DNA of 56,121 nucleotides from a virus (taxonomy: Duplodnaviria; Caudoviricetes), in IMG/VR virus record IMGVR_UViG_3300037507_003763, positions 1 through 56,121 of that record; one strand, 5' to 3'. Of this stretch, positions 11,000-21,068 are shown piece after piece (the stretch's first letter is position 1; each line of letters starts with the position of its first letter). Under the pieces are notes generated by a model, which saw only the letters and a list, made by a program, of their open reading frames with translations, did no database searches and was not told where the DNA came from. The translations under genes and the position numbers were made by a program.

Positions 11000-11085
11000 T
11001 GCCCAAGACGGGAATCGAACCCGTACGGCCATTTCTGACCGAGGGGGTTTAAGCCCCTTGCGTCTACCAATTCCGCCACCTGGGC
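11000..11085 (-). tRNA. tRNA-Leu(UAA)
   Basis: GCCCAGGTGGCGGAATTGGTAGACGCA, anticodon arm AGGGG-CTTAAAC-CCCCT, long variable arm, GGTTCGATTCCC. Confidence 0.92.
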
Positions 11086-11406
11086 GAATTGTTATTCTGT
11101 TGCAAAAGCAACATTATTATAAGACCCGTCCAAAATATCAAGAGCATTTTGTACAAGTCTTAAAGCTGTTTGCATCTCTTCAGAACCATCACCATTTTCT
11201 CTAATGATAAATGAGATATACTTTAGTTGTTCTAAATTTTCTGGGGTTAACATAAATGCAATAGTCATTAGTTATTCTCCTTGTTCGTATTTGTTATAGC
11301 TTGAATTAAACAATCAAGACAGTAGTTATTTCCATCGAAATGAGATTTAGAAACTTCTTTGGAAACAACACCGCAAGTCGTGCATTTTAATGGTCTTATA
11401 TAATTG

Positions 11407-11799
11407 CTATGGTACGTATTTTGAGGCATGTAAATCTCTTGTAAAAGTATGAATAATTGATTCAATTGACTCTTGTGAAAGAGATGTAAATTCAGAATCA
11501 AATTCTTCATCTGGTTTACCAACCATCAAAACAGGACCATAAACTAAATCATGAAAAGAAGTTTCAGATGGATTGAAAGATCGATAAACAGTTGTAGCAA
11601 AAAGATTTACTTGAGAATGATCGTTAAAATATTGTGGAGAAACGATCATAAAATCTTTTTCATTTAAAGATACACAGTGTACAACTTTATTTGTAAAATA
11701 AGTTCTAACCACATCTTCGTAAGAATCTCTTACAATAAGTGGCATACCGTGCATCGGTATTGCAACTATTTTGATCTCTTCTTTAATTGTTTGGTCCAT
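11407..11799 (-). CDS. hypothetical protein, weakly DUF3846-like
   Basis: VNLFAT...DLVYGPVLMVG pattern. Confidence 0.45.
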   Translation of the reverse strand: MDQTIKEEIKIVAIPMHGMPLIVRDSYEDVVRTYFTNKVVHCVSLNEKDFMIVSPQYFNDHSQVNLFATTVYRSFNPSETSFHDLVYGPVLMVGKPDEEFDSEFTSLSQESIESIIHTFTRDLHASKYVP

Positions 11800-11804
11800 T
11801 AGGT

Positions 11805-13265
11805 CTACTTATTTCTAGGATAGATTCTGACAAACATGGAAGGATCAGACTCTCTTCCATATATGTCAATTGCTGTCATATAACAATAATTAATTTCCTT
11901 AGAAGGAACTTGTAACTTGTATGTATCAACGGTCCATCGAGTCTGATGAGGAATCACATAAGTCTTAGGACCATTGCAATAGAGATTGTAATGAGAAACT
12001 ATGTTTCTACCCATTACAGGAACTCTATACTTTACATATACAAAGTCGCTAAAGCGACCATCAAGTTCGAAAAGTAGTGGTTTAGTTAAAGTCGGATAAA
12101 ATCTTGGAGGCGTAACTGTAGTCGTAGGAGAAGGAACAGTAGTAACTGGTGGTGTCAGAGTAGTTGTAGTAGGAGAAGGAACGGTTGTAGTAGTTGTAAC
12201 TACAGTTGTAGATGTAGTTGAAGTAGTAGTAGTTACAACAGTACCTGAGTCTGCAAATAGCGCAGCAAAATCAATACGATTAATATAAATACCAGTATAA
12301 TCATCATATGCCTTTTTAGAAGTAGCAGCAAAGTCAGAAATAACTTTAGATACTTCTTGTTTGCCGAACTTAGAATAATAAACGGCAAATGCTCCAGTAA
12401 CATGAGGAGAGGCCATAGATGTTCCTGAAGCAGTTCTATAAGAACCCATAAGAGCAGCAGAGTTGATTATGTTACCAGGAGCAGCAAATGTAGTAAGATT
12501 ATTGATATTTGAAAAGGTAGTGACATTGTCATCTGCAGCATTTGTGGCAGCAACAGATACAGCAAAGCTGATACATGCTGGAGCACTCATTCCATTTGCG
12601 TAACTATTGCCAGAAGAAATAACAGTCGCAATCTTTTTAGTGCGAAGATTTCGAATAGCATCTGTCATCTCTGGAATATATCCATCGCAAGTGGAATTAA
12701 ATACTTGAGTACCACCTAAAGACATGTTTACGGCAACAATGTTGTATTCAGAAGAAATGGAGTTTACCCAGTTTAAAGCTTTAGTAATGTCACTGTCATA
12801 AGCTCCACCATAAATGTCAAAAACATTTACGGCAATAATTTTAGCTTCAGGTGCAACACCAACAAAAGATGAGTTAGCACCTGCAGCAATACCTGCTACG
12901 TGAGTACCATGCCAGTGCATTGGCTTTGCTGCACCTGGGCCAACCATTTCTTTTTGGCCATTAGGACATCTAGCTGAAAAGCATGCCTCTAAGGCTACCC
13001 GACCACCAAAAAATGGATGGGAAGATTCAATTCCAGTGTCAATAATAACTACATAGGATCCTTGTCCCTTGTAGTTTGATTGATGCGCTAAGTTAGCAGA
13101 GATATGAGGAATGCTTTTAGTTAGAGTATATTTAAAACGAATTTCGGTAGTAGCAGGAGCAACGTCATTGTATTTAAACTTATTGGTAGCTGACACTACT
13201 TTGTACGAACTAAAAGAAAAGATTGAAACAAAAACTATAAAAATATTAAAGTATTTTTTACGCAT
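11805..13265 (-). CDS. secreted subtilisin-like S8 serine protease with Thr/Pro-rich linker
   Basis: Catalytic triad motifs IIDTG, HGTHVAG and GTSMASPHV; signal peptide from MRKKYF (start 13265, overlapping the deaminase stop). Confidence 0.93.
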   Translation of the reverse strand: MRKKYFNIFIVFVSIFSFSSYKVVSATNKFKYNDVAPATTEIRFKYTLTKSIPHISANLAHQSNYKGQGSYVVIIDTGIESSHPFFGGRVALEACFSARCPNGQKEMVGPGAAKPMHWHGTHVAGIAAGANSSFVGVAPEAKIIAVNVFDIYGGAYDSDITKALNWVNSISSEYNIVAVNMSLGGTQVFNSTCDGYIPEMTDAIRNLRTKKIATVISSGNSYANGMSAPACISFAVSVAATNAADDNVTTFSNINNLTTFAAPGNIINSAALMGSYRTASGTSMASPHVTGAFAVYYSKFGKQEVSKVISDFAATSKKAYDDYTGIYINRIDFAALFADSGTVVTTTTSTTSTTVVTTTTTVPSPTTTTLTPPVTTVPSPTTTVTPPRFYPTLTKPLLFELDGRFSDFVYVKYRVPVMGRNIVSHYNLYCNGPKTYVIPHQTRWTVDTYKLQVPSKEINYCYMTAIDIYGRESDPSMFVRIYPRNK

Positions 13266-13716
13266 AACGACTCCATTTGACGGATGATATATAAAAAGAT
13301 TCGGCTGACTCATGGCCAGTTGTATACACAACCTTGTCGATACCCGACTCCATTATTTTTTGCATACACCATGAGCAAGGCTTTGCCATTGCATTGGTAT
13401 CTGCAGAATTAAGTCTAGCCACATAAAGGGTTGCACCATCTGTATCAGATGCTACTTTAATAGCAGCTATCTCAGCGTGAGTAGAAAACCTATTGGGAGG
13501 AGTACTTGGTGATCTTCTAGTTATATTAGAGCTACCACCAAGAACTCGTCTAGATTTTACTACGATTGCACCGACTCTAAAACGATTGTCAGAAGTAAAA
13601 GCTAGTTTAGTAGCAACAGATAAAAATTTTTGATCATTGTTGGATATATGATCGTATATCTCGTATTCATAATCTTCGTATGGGTTAATGACTTTTCGAG
13701 AATAATAACGAATCAT
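13258..13716 (-). CDS. Zn-dependent cytidine/CMP deaminase-fold protein
   Basis: VGAIVV, HAEIAA and KPCSWC motifs. Confidence 0.88.
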   Translation of the reverse strand: MIRYYSRKVINPYEDYEYEIYDHISNNDQKFLSVATKLAFTSDNRFRVGAIVVKSRRVLGGSSNITRRSPSTPPNRFSTHAEIAAIKVASDTDGATLYVARLNSADTNAMAKPCSWCMQKIMESGIDKVVYTTGHESAESFYISSVKWSRYA

Positions 13717-13719
13717 AAA

Positions 13720-15417
13720 CTATTTAAACTTGTTAGACCTGTTCTTCCAATATTGTCTTTGCTTTGCGCGTTTGGCATGGTCTGGATCGTTTTGGATAAT
13801 ACGATCAATAATCATGCTGGCTGTTCCTTTTGTCATATCAGAAGTGACTGGAACGCCCATTGTTTTCAATAAACGCTTTTGCTTGTCTGTTGGAGCATCT
13901 GCTCTCCAGACAGCACTAGAATCAATTAAATTAACAGAATTAGATCTGTTGTTCATGATCCATTTGTCTGTGCGAGCAAAAGCTTCTCTAATAGTTTCTA
14001 CATGTCCAAGAAGCTTCTCAGTTAAAACTGTAAATTCACTTCGTGTTATAAGTTTTACTGTCCATCTGCCAAGAGTGTCAAGATAAATTTTCATAGATTC
14101 AGTATTGTTAATACTCAATCTGTATTCATTCTCAGCAATCTCAGCCCAAATAAACTTAGAATATTGTGTAATAAATTCATTTGGAGGAGGAGGCATAAAG
14201 AGATTGATTCTCTTGTAAGCTAATTTGATATCTTCTGGATTAAGAACCCTGACAGCTTCACCAGGGCAATAAGCCTGAAGCTCCTCATATTCTTCTGCTA
14301 CTTCGGTAAAAGACTTGCCCTGAAGGTCAAAGTCTGGAGGAAGACCAAGAAGAGTGGGAAGACCAACAGGCTTCTTTCCTTTGGTTGTGTCTGAAATATC
14401 AATGATAGTGCAATGTTGTTTGCCATTATAAAGCCTTGTTCCTCGACCAACAATTTGAGTATACAAAAGTGTTGATCTAGTGGGTTTGGCAATAATGATT
14501 GTCTCCAAAGAAGGTTCATCAAAACCTTCAGTTAGAACTCCAACATTGACTATTACTTTTACTTTGCCAGAACGAAAATCAGAGAGTATCTGCTGTCGTT
14601 CTTCAGACGGTGTAGTGCCGAGTATTACTCGTACAGGGGTCCCGTTTTTCGCAAAGGATGCGGATAAGTCGTTTGCGTGATTGACTCCAGCGGCGAAAAC
14701 AATGGTTTTCGTAGCATTAGCCAGATTATTATAACTGGCAACAATACAAGAATTGCGCTCAGCATTATTAATTTCATCTTCCAATTGAGACTGGTTATAT
14801 TCGCCATTTTGTAGCTCCACTTTGCTAATGTCTGTCTTTGTACTTACTCTGTATCCGATTAGAGGACAAAGCCATCCTTCTCCAATAAGATCTTGTATAG
14901 ACTTGTAATAGACTATTTCCTGAAATACATCAGTAAGTCTAGTAGAGTCTGATCTTTGAGGAGTAGCAGTTACTCCCAATAAGAATTTTGGATTAAAATA
15001 ATCTACAATTCTCCTATAACTGGGAGCAGCCGCGTGGTGGGCTTCATCAATAATAATAGTATTAAAGTAATCTTTAGAATAATCTAGAATACGTGGGGTG
15101 TTGTTTCTTCCTAATGTAGCAACAGAAGCAACAACAACATCAACGTTACCAGCCTTGTTTTCGGCTTGTTCAATGCCTACTGTAAGGTTTGGATTAGAAT
15201 CCAAAATTTTGTTCTTTGCTTGATGCAAAAGCTCTTCTCTATGAGCTAAAACAAGCATGGGTAAAGTATTAGGTCTAATTAAAGGTAGATGTGAAAATAA
15301 AATTGTTTTACCAGCTCCAGTTGGAAGGACTACCAACTGTCTTGTTATATTGTTATTTTCAGAATTTATAACAGCATCAAGTGCCTCCTGTTGATAAGGA
15401 CGCAAAGATACAGTCAT
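13720..15417 (-). CDS. superfamily 2 DNA helicase (ResIII/Irc3-like)
   Basis: LRPYQ, PTGAGKT, DEAHH, TATP, LTEGFD and QIVGRGTR motifs. Confidence 0.93.
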   Translation of the reverse strand: MTVSLRPYQQEALDAVINSENNNITRQLVVLPTGAGKTILFSHLPLIRPNTLPMLVLAHREELLHQAKNKILDSNPNLTVGIEQAENKAGNVDVVVASVATLGRNNTPRILDYSKDYFNTIIIDEAHHAAAPSYRRIVDYFNPKFLLGVTATPQRSDSTRLTDVFQEIVYYKSIQDLIGEGWLCPLIGYRVSTKTDISKVELQNGEYNQSQLEDEINNAERNSCIVASYNNLANATKTIVFAAGVNHANDLSASFAKNGTPVRVILGTTPSEERQQILSDFRSGKVKVIVNVGVLTEGFDEPSLETIIIAKPTRSTLLYTQIVGRGTRLYNGKQHCTIIDISDTTKGKKPVGLPTLLGLPPDFDLQGKSFTEVAEEYEELQAYCPGEAVRVLNPEDIKLAYKRINLFMPPPPNEFITQYSKFIWAEIAENEYRLSINNTESMKIYLDTLGRWTVKLITRSEFTVLTEKLLGHVETIREAFARTDKWIMNNRSNSVNLIDSSAVWRADAPTDKQKRLLKTMGVPVTSDMTKGTASMIIDRIIQNDPDHAKRAKQRQYWKNRSNKFK

Positions 15418-15616
15418 AAATATTTCCTTTAGAAACCGAATAAATCTATATCACCATAAAAGGGTTCAGCAAGCATCTTGCTTTCAACTCTTTCAAAGTA
15501 ATCTACATTCTTGATTTTACCACAGATACGAGTGTTGGATTCATACCAACAAACTTGATTATTGTCTTTTTTAGTTTTAGTTTTAGGGGGTTTTTCTAGT
15601 GTTAACATAATAATAA

Positions 15617-16312
15617 TTAATCTATTAGGGATGATACCATAACGGGAATTCCAATATGGTTTTCTTCAATTGCGGATTGGTCTATGATTTCAAACTCAAA
15701 TCCGTTGTTTTTGAAGAAATCTAAAATTTCATGATAGTTGAACGGACCGTTTGAGTCCATGTGAGAAAAAATGAACATAAGTTCGATCATGTCTCCACGA
15801 GAGACAGATTCAGTAGTTCCATCTGATTGTGCTATTGAATTCAGGTAAGCAGAATCATAATCATAAGAAACAATATTATTTTCATCAACAGAATAAGGAA
15901 CAGAAAATACAACACAGTTTTGTCTTGTAACATAAGTTAAAACAAGAGCGTCAGTTTTTTCTGGTTCCGAAGAACTATCTTTAGGATTGTATTTTGTTAT
16001 TCTAGCATCTTGAGCAAGAATAAACAAACCAGAATTCAAAGATGCTGGGAGAAATAGCATTTGAGCTAAAGCTCTATACATTTCGTCTTTGCCATCAATT
16101 GGCTTACAAGTAACGATACCAATTAACTTTTTGTTTTTACTAAAAACAACTAAAGTACTTCTAAAAGTATCTGGTCCATTGTTTTTAATAACCTCAGAAA
16201 AGTATTTAGAAATTTTTACAAATTCCTGATAAGCATCATCTTTGATATGTGAAAGGAGATCGTTGAATTGATCAACGCTTTCAAATGTAACTACATCTCC
16301 ATTTTTAAACAT
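15617..16312 (-). CDS. hypothetical protein
   Basis: 231-aa ORF coupled to the upstream gene. Confidence 0.6.
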   Translation of the reverse strand: MFKNGDVVTFESVDQFNDLLSHIKDDAYQEFVKISKYFSEVIKNNGPDTFRSTLVVFSKNKKLIGIVTCKPIDGKDEMYRALAQMLFLPASLNSGLFILAQDARITKYNPKDSSSEPEKTDALVLTYVTRQNCVVFSVPYSVDENNIVSYDYDSAYLNSIAQSDGTTESVSRGDMIELMFIFSHMDSNGPFNYHEILDFFKNNGFEFEIIDQSAIEENHIGIPVMVSSLID

Positions 16313-16679
16313 TTTTTAACATTCCTGAGTAGTAGTTAAAGATAGTATCTTTGATAATAGCGGATACTGCTGTAGCAGTAAGATCGGTATAGATAGCGAT
16401 AATTGCACCAAATGCAATAAATGCAAGTAGTGAGCCAGAAGCAACGGCAGTGATAATCCAAGACGCAACAAAGACAGCCCAGAACAACACAAGATTAATT
16501 ACTTTAACTTGCGGAGAACGCATAAATTTAAAGAATCTTGATGTGCTCTTTCCTATCTTATAAGTAAGATACTCTGTCTTAGTATGAGTTTTCTTATAGA
16601 TGTCATCAACATTTACAATAACACTATTGAGCATATCAACGATCTGCTGGCGTGTTATTGGTTCGGTTACAGTATTCAT
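16305..16679 (-). CDS. membrane protein (about 2 TM)
   Basis: Long hydrophobic stretch LVLFWAVFVASWIITAV...LAFIAFGAIIAIY. Confidence 0.65.
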   Translation of the reverse strand: MNTVTEPITRQQIVDMLNSVIVNVDDIYKKTHTKTEYLTYKIGKSTSRFFKFMRSPQVKVINLVLFWAVFVASWIITAVASGSLLAFIAFGAIIAIYTDLTATAVSAIIKDTIFNYYSGMLKNV

Positions 16680-16703
16680 TGGTGTCCTTTAGGGTTATTG
16701 GGT

Positions 16704-16741
16704 AAAAAGGGGGGACACCACACATTGTGTGGTGCCCCCCT
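16704..16741 (-). terminator. intrinsic terminator after the 851-aa polymerase-like gene
   Basis: Minus-strand hairpin GGGGGGCACCACAC-AAT-GTGTGGTGTCCCCCC followed by TTTTT. Confidence 0.8.
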
Positions 16742-16750
16742 AGTTTTTTG

Positions 16751-19306
16751 TTAAAACTCCGCCTTCAGTCGGCGTTGGTTTCTGATCTGTGTTTCAGAAG
16801 TGGTATGAACAATTGGTGAGAATTGAGCATGATACTTTTGATACTCAAGAGCATCAGTAAACTCAATCATTTCACCATCTTCGTTTGGATAGCTCCAAGT
16901 CTTTGCTTGGCGTTCAGTAAGATTAACTTCGCCATTTTCAAAGACCATGACTACCTTGTTGCCAATGCCATAATGAATCAATGCAGATTCAAGATACGGA
17001 TAGACAATTCGGTTCATAACAATCTGATCAGTCACCTTACCATTGCTGGTTGGGTTCTTGATAGATGCAGAATACAACGACAGAATAAAGTCGTATTGAT
17101 CCTGGAGACGCTCGAATGACTCGATCTTTTCGACAATAGAGCCGTAAAGACCTTCCCATTCGTTACGCTTAATACCGTTGGATACTTGAACAACCTCAGA
17201 AGAGTTTGCGTTGAAAATGTTCATTCTGAAGTTACGCAGAGCTGGCAGTGCATGATAATACAAGCGCTGACCAATCTCATGGATAACTTCAAGAGGACGA
17301 ACATTTTCTTGCGAATACTTGATTACTCGTTGAACGTAACGATTGTAATACTCGTTGCATAGTGCATTCAACTGAGTAATCTTGCCTTCATAGGTTTCAA
17401 CCTCAGGATGTTTTGCAGCAAGTGCACGGAAACGACCATGCCAGAAGTCACGATCAATGGGTTTGCCAGAAGCAAGAGCTTCAGCAATCATTACATCGGC
17501 TTCTGAGTCGATAGCCGTACGATCTTCAGGATCGCTCGTTTGAGTGCAACCGTCGATTGCTTTCTCCAACGAACAAAGCTGAACAGGGCGATGTTTAGAT
17601 ATCACCATGGAATGCAGCATAGCAGCATTAACATAGCGACCAACATTACCGCCCTTCATAGCGATCTGCACATCGTGCATCACATCAGCAACGGAATACT
17701 CTTCAGTAACAGGACGAGTCTCATCAACACGATGAGAACCTGGAAGTCCAAGATATGCGACTGAACCAGTTCTAATCGCACTGGAAAGACGCTCTGGCCA
17801 ACCACGACCATTTACTTCTGGAAAAGAAACTTCTTCTCCATTAGCCTTGGTCCAGGTTGGAAACCATTGTCCTTCAACATACTTGAAGATGGAATACTCA
17901 CCAAAACCATTTGGAGAGCGTGCAACGATGACAACTTTCTTGCCATCGAGCGGACCAGATTCCATTGTACGATAAAAAAGTTTGAAGAAGTCGTCTTCAT
18001 CATGACCGCCATGAGATTCATACATCTCAAGCCAGTCAAAGTCATTGACGACATGAACACCAATGTTATTAATACGTTGGATTGTTCCTTCTTCAACATT
18101 CATATCGTAGCCAGCCATACGGGCAAGTGATTCTGGAATCACTTGCTCATAGACTGAACAAGGAATAGGAATACGCTTTTGTAACGGTTTTGCATGTGAG
18201 ACTGCAAGGGTTTCAAAGAGCCATGGGGAATTTGTGATTGAAAGACCCATGCTTACCCAACGATAACCAACATAGCTGATGCGAGACTGTGCTTCGACAT
18301 CTTCAATATCTTGGTTTTCGCGTGAGAAGTTACGCATGAATACGGACTTCCAATCAGTAATCAAATGACCCTGAATGGCTTTATCAAACATTTTATCATA
18401 CTCTTCCTTGAGCCACATTTCCATATCAGACTTACGGAAAAGCTTGGGAAGATTGATAACAGTTTGATCGTCGGTGATAACACGACTCTTTGGACCTTGA
18501 GGCTCAGCCAAAAGACGATAGCCCTTTGTATAAGTGATTTCTTTCTTCAAGTTTTCACGAGAAGAAATAATATCAATACCTTCTGGAAGATCATCTCGAA
18601 CAAACATATTGCCCTTGATGATGCCCTCAGAAGTAAATATACGGGCATTAAAGACTTTTGACTTCAACAAGAAATGAGTAAGTTGCTTACGAACGGTAGG
18701 ATCGTAATAATACTCGTTGGTGTCAAGAGTATTGCCTGGTTCATAGATAGGCAAATTCTTGACTGCTTCTTGGATAAGGCGGTTAGATACTACAAAACCA
18801 CCGTCAAGAAGCCGTGCTTTGGTTGCTGGATCAAGCATCCATCCGCCCCAACCTTCTTCTTCGTTAAACTTGTAACGACTGAAATCGGTTGATTCAACCC
18901 AACGAATATTGAGATCGTCAAAATGGGCATTGATAAGACTTGCGCGATGAAAAGACTTCATACGCTTAGCAGTCTTACCGCCACCTTTGACATGAAATCC
19001 CATGTCGTTCAGGACATTCATCCAGCCATGATTGTCTTGAATAATGGTGCAAACCACCTTATTCTTGTCGACAATGGCGTATTGAACTCTGGGATTAGAA
19101 ATGATCTTCTCAAGATCAGAAAGATCAAATTCGTTGGTTGGGATAGGAAGGGCAGCAACACGATACTCTGGAGAACCAGAGTGCTCTAGAGCGTGGCGAA
19201 GAACGCCAATATCATAGAAACCGAACTGATAATTGTTGTTTGAACGCAACGGACCATTAGCCATTGCTTTCAAACGAACATTAGGTCGGTATGTTTCAAA
19301 TGCCAT
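16751..19306 (-). CDS. single-chain two-barrel (double-psi beta-barrel) RNA polymerase-like protein, cellular RdRP/YonO-like, paralogue A
   Basis: LLDGGFVVSNRL (DG..IS), NARIFTSEGIIKG (R...KG), HGGHDEDD acidic loop, VARSPN, NVGRYVN...LEKAID. The same motifs occur in the 869-aa ORF. Confidence 0.65.
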   Translation of the reverse strand: MAFETYRPNVRLKAMANGPLRSNNNYQFGFYDIGVLRHALEHSGSPEYRVAALPIPTNEFDLSDLEKIISNPRVQYAIVDKNKVVCTIIQDNHGWMNVLNDMGFHVKGGGKTAKRMKSFHRASLINAHFDDLNIRWVESTDFSRYKFNEEEGWGGWMLDPATKARLLDGGFVVSNRLIQEAVKNLPIYEPGNTLDTNEYYYDPTVRKQLTHFLLKSKVFNARIFTSEGIIKGNMFVRDDLPEGIDIISSRENLKKEITYTKGYRLLAEPQGPKSRVITDDQTVINLPKLFRKSDMEMWLKEEYDKMFDKAIQGHLITDWKSVFMRNFSRENQDIEDVEAQSRISYVGYRWVSMGLSITNSPWLFETLAVSHAKPLQKRIPIPCSVYEQVIPESLARMAGYDMNVEEGTIQRINNIGVHVVNDFDWLEMYESHGGHDEDDFFKLFYRTMESGPLDGKKVVIVARSPNGFGEYSIFKYVEGQWFPTWTKANGEEVSFPEVNGRGWPERLSSAIRTGSVAYLGLPGSHRVDETRPVTEEYSVADVMHDVQIAMKGGNVGRYVNAAMLHSMVISKHRPVQLCSLEKAIDGCTQTSDPEDRTAIDSEADVMIAEALASGKPIDRDFWHGRFRALAAKHPEVETYEGKITQLNALCNEYYNRYVQRVIKYSQENVRPLEVIHEIGQRLYYHALPALRNFRMNIFNANSSEVVQVSNGIKRNEWEGLYGSIVEKIESFERLQDQYDFILSLYSASIKNPTSNGKVTDQIVMNRIVYPYLESALIHYGIGNKVVMVFENGEVNLTERQAKTWSYPNEDGEMIEFTDALEYQKYHAQFSPIVHTTSETQIRNQRRLKAEF

Positions 19307-19370
19307 TTATTTTCTCCTTTGCATGGTTTATATTTCCCTTTTTTTCTTTATAAACTATAATTTAGTTTCA

Positions 19371-19472
19371 TGATTCATTCGTGCACGATGGTACTAATCG
19401 GTTGGGCTGATTCAATCATGTACTTTGTTACAATCGCTAGACCTGATTCATTTAAATTAAAATGGTACTCTT
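19371..19472 (-). repeat. TIGR-like dual-repeat array, segment 2 (about 2.5 units)
   Basis: Plus-strand TGATTCA(T/A)T(C/T) at 19371, 19408 and 19444 alternates with TG(G/T)TAC-type repeats at 19389, 19426 and 19463, separated by 8-9 nt variable spacers. Confidence 0.75.
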
Positions 19473-19494
19473 GATAATAAAGATTATTGCAATA

Positions 19495-20841
19495 TTAAGA
19501 AACTGACACAGTAAATGTATCCCATTGGTTCTTAGATGTATAAGTTATAGAAAGATTTTGATAAACAAGAGTTTCTCCAACTTTCATTAACGCATCAAGA
19601 TATGGGGGATTGCCAGGAAATTGAAGGAATGAAGTATTCCTAAGAGGAAGTATCATTCCATCTCCATGGCCATATGTAGTGTCAACTTCATAGACAAGAA
19701 GTCCTTCATCAAGTCTTGCGTCGTCAATATTAAATTGAGTTTCTCTACGAGATTCAATAACAATTGACTTGGTAGAACTTAATGGTATCATGACTACTTT
19801 GATTCCTTCAAAAGAAGATTCATTTGGAGAAATCATAAAAGTAGAATTCTTCATGTTTGATATTTTATTACACCAAACCTGAGAATCATCAACCCATCCT
19901 GCAAGCCATCTTGTCCACATACTTGTTGAACGAGATGGTCCATCTTGATTTGCCATAAGATCCCAGCCATTAAATGGGCCTGGGCTATTTTCCCAACCTG
20001 GTCTTTCAGAAGGAAGCCAAGGTTGTATGTACAAATCAGGAAGAAGAAACATATGCCCTGCTTCGTGTGCCCAATAAGAAAAGTAATCTTTTCCTTGAGC
20101 ATCGAAGTAATTACCAGGAAGCATGTAGTTTAAAATGGATGACTCATTAGTTTGAAATGGGTTTCTTACATTAAGTTTGTAAAAACCCTGTAAACTTACT
20201 CTTATAATTCTTTGATCTTTTGGCAACAGAAATGCAACAGTTTGCACTCCTGTAAAATCAAAGTATGGATCTGCAGCAGCCAAAGCAATGGAAGCAAAGT
20301 TATTGTTTCCATTGGATTCGTGTTGATAATAGGAAGAAGAAATTCCTGGCATTAAAATGCTGGATTCAGAAGTGACCCATTCAAATCTTACTTTACCGCC
20401 AGAGACAGTAAAGTAATAATCTGTGAACTTCTTCATCTGATCACGAACACGAGACAAGGGTTCTTTATCTGCTGGCAAATCAGAGAAATGCAATGGAATC
20501 ATTGCAATTTTATGAACACCAGTAAGAGATAGATTACCAGTGACTACAGGCCAAGCACTAAATATAGAGTTAGGCCAATTGTTACGTTGATAACTTTTGT
20601 CTTCAAGTTTACAATAATCCAAAGAATCAGACTGATTAGTTGGAGGATAATATGTAACTTTAGGTAAAGTAGTAGTGGTAGTATTAGAAATTGATTTTAA
20701 ATTGTTTTTGCATCGCTTTGTTTGCTTCTGTTTCTTTGTTACGCAAACAGGTTTCTTCTCAATATGAGAAGTGTTTGTAAAAGCACCAGAAGAAAAAAGT
20801 AAAGATGCTGATAAAAACAATGATGAAAATATATTAAACAT
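19495..20841 (-). CDS. secreted M6-family (immune inhibitor A-like) metalloprotease
   Basis: Signal peptide; AHEAGHMFLLPDLY, GWDLMA, WTRWLAGW, VIESRR and GLLVYEVDT motifs. Confidence 0.85.
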   Translation of the reverse strand: MFNIFSSLFLSASLLFSSGAFTNTSHIEKKPVCVTKKQKQTKRCKNNLKSISNTTTTTLPKVTYYPPTNQSDSLDYCKLEDKSYQRNNWPNSIFSAWPVVTGNLSLTGVHKIAMIPLHFSDLPADKEPLSRVRDQMKKFTDYYFTVSGGKVRFEWVTSESSILMPGISSSYYQHESNGNNNFASIALAAADPYFDFTGVQTVAFLLPKDQRIIRVSLQGFYKLNVRNPFQTNESSILNYMLPGNYFDAQGKDYFSYWAHEAGHMFLLPDLYIQPWLPSERPGWENSPGPFNGWDLMANQDGPSRSTSMWTRWLAGWVDDSQVWCNKISNMKNSTFMISPNESSFEGIKVVMIPLSSTKSIVIESRRETQFNIDDARLDEGLLVYEVDTTYGHGDGMILPLRNTSFLQFPGNPPYLDALMKVGETLVYQNLSITYTSKNQWDTFTVSVS

Positions 20842-21040
20842 TAGCTAAAAGCCTATTCGATTGTATGGACTTATCAAGACAATCATCACAGATGATGCCA
20901 TTGTAAATGTTGTCTTCAAAGTTAGATGGATAAACAGATTTAATTACAAGATAACTAGCAGCAGCAACAGTGCCTGTTGTTGGTGCATAGTATACAACTG
21001 CCTTTTCACATATAAGACATGGAACAAGGTCTTGAAGCAT
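20834..21040 (-). CDS. small Zn-binding protein
   Basis: CLIC...CDDC; coupled to the M6 protease start. Confidence 0.55.
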   Translation of the reverse strand: MLQDLVPCLICEKAVVYYAPTTGTVAAASYLVIKSVYPSNFEDNIYNGIICDDCLDKSIQSNRLLANV

Positions 21041-21068
21041 AGGTTATCCCCTTTCAAATTTTTTTTAA

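Noticed and set aside
5215-11085. Frameshift-suppressor tRNA among the five tRNAs
   Set aside because: All have canonical 7-nt anticodon loops, and none is Gly or Arg.
8195-11204. ORF-track starts at 8413 and 10287, and ORF 10986-11204
   Set aside because: They overlap tRNA genes. The real starts are probably 8380 and 10227, and the plus-strand ORF is the antisense of tRNA-Leu.
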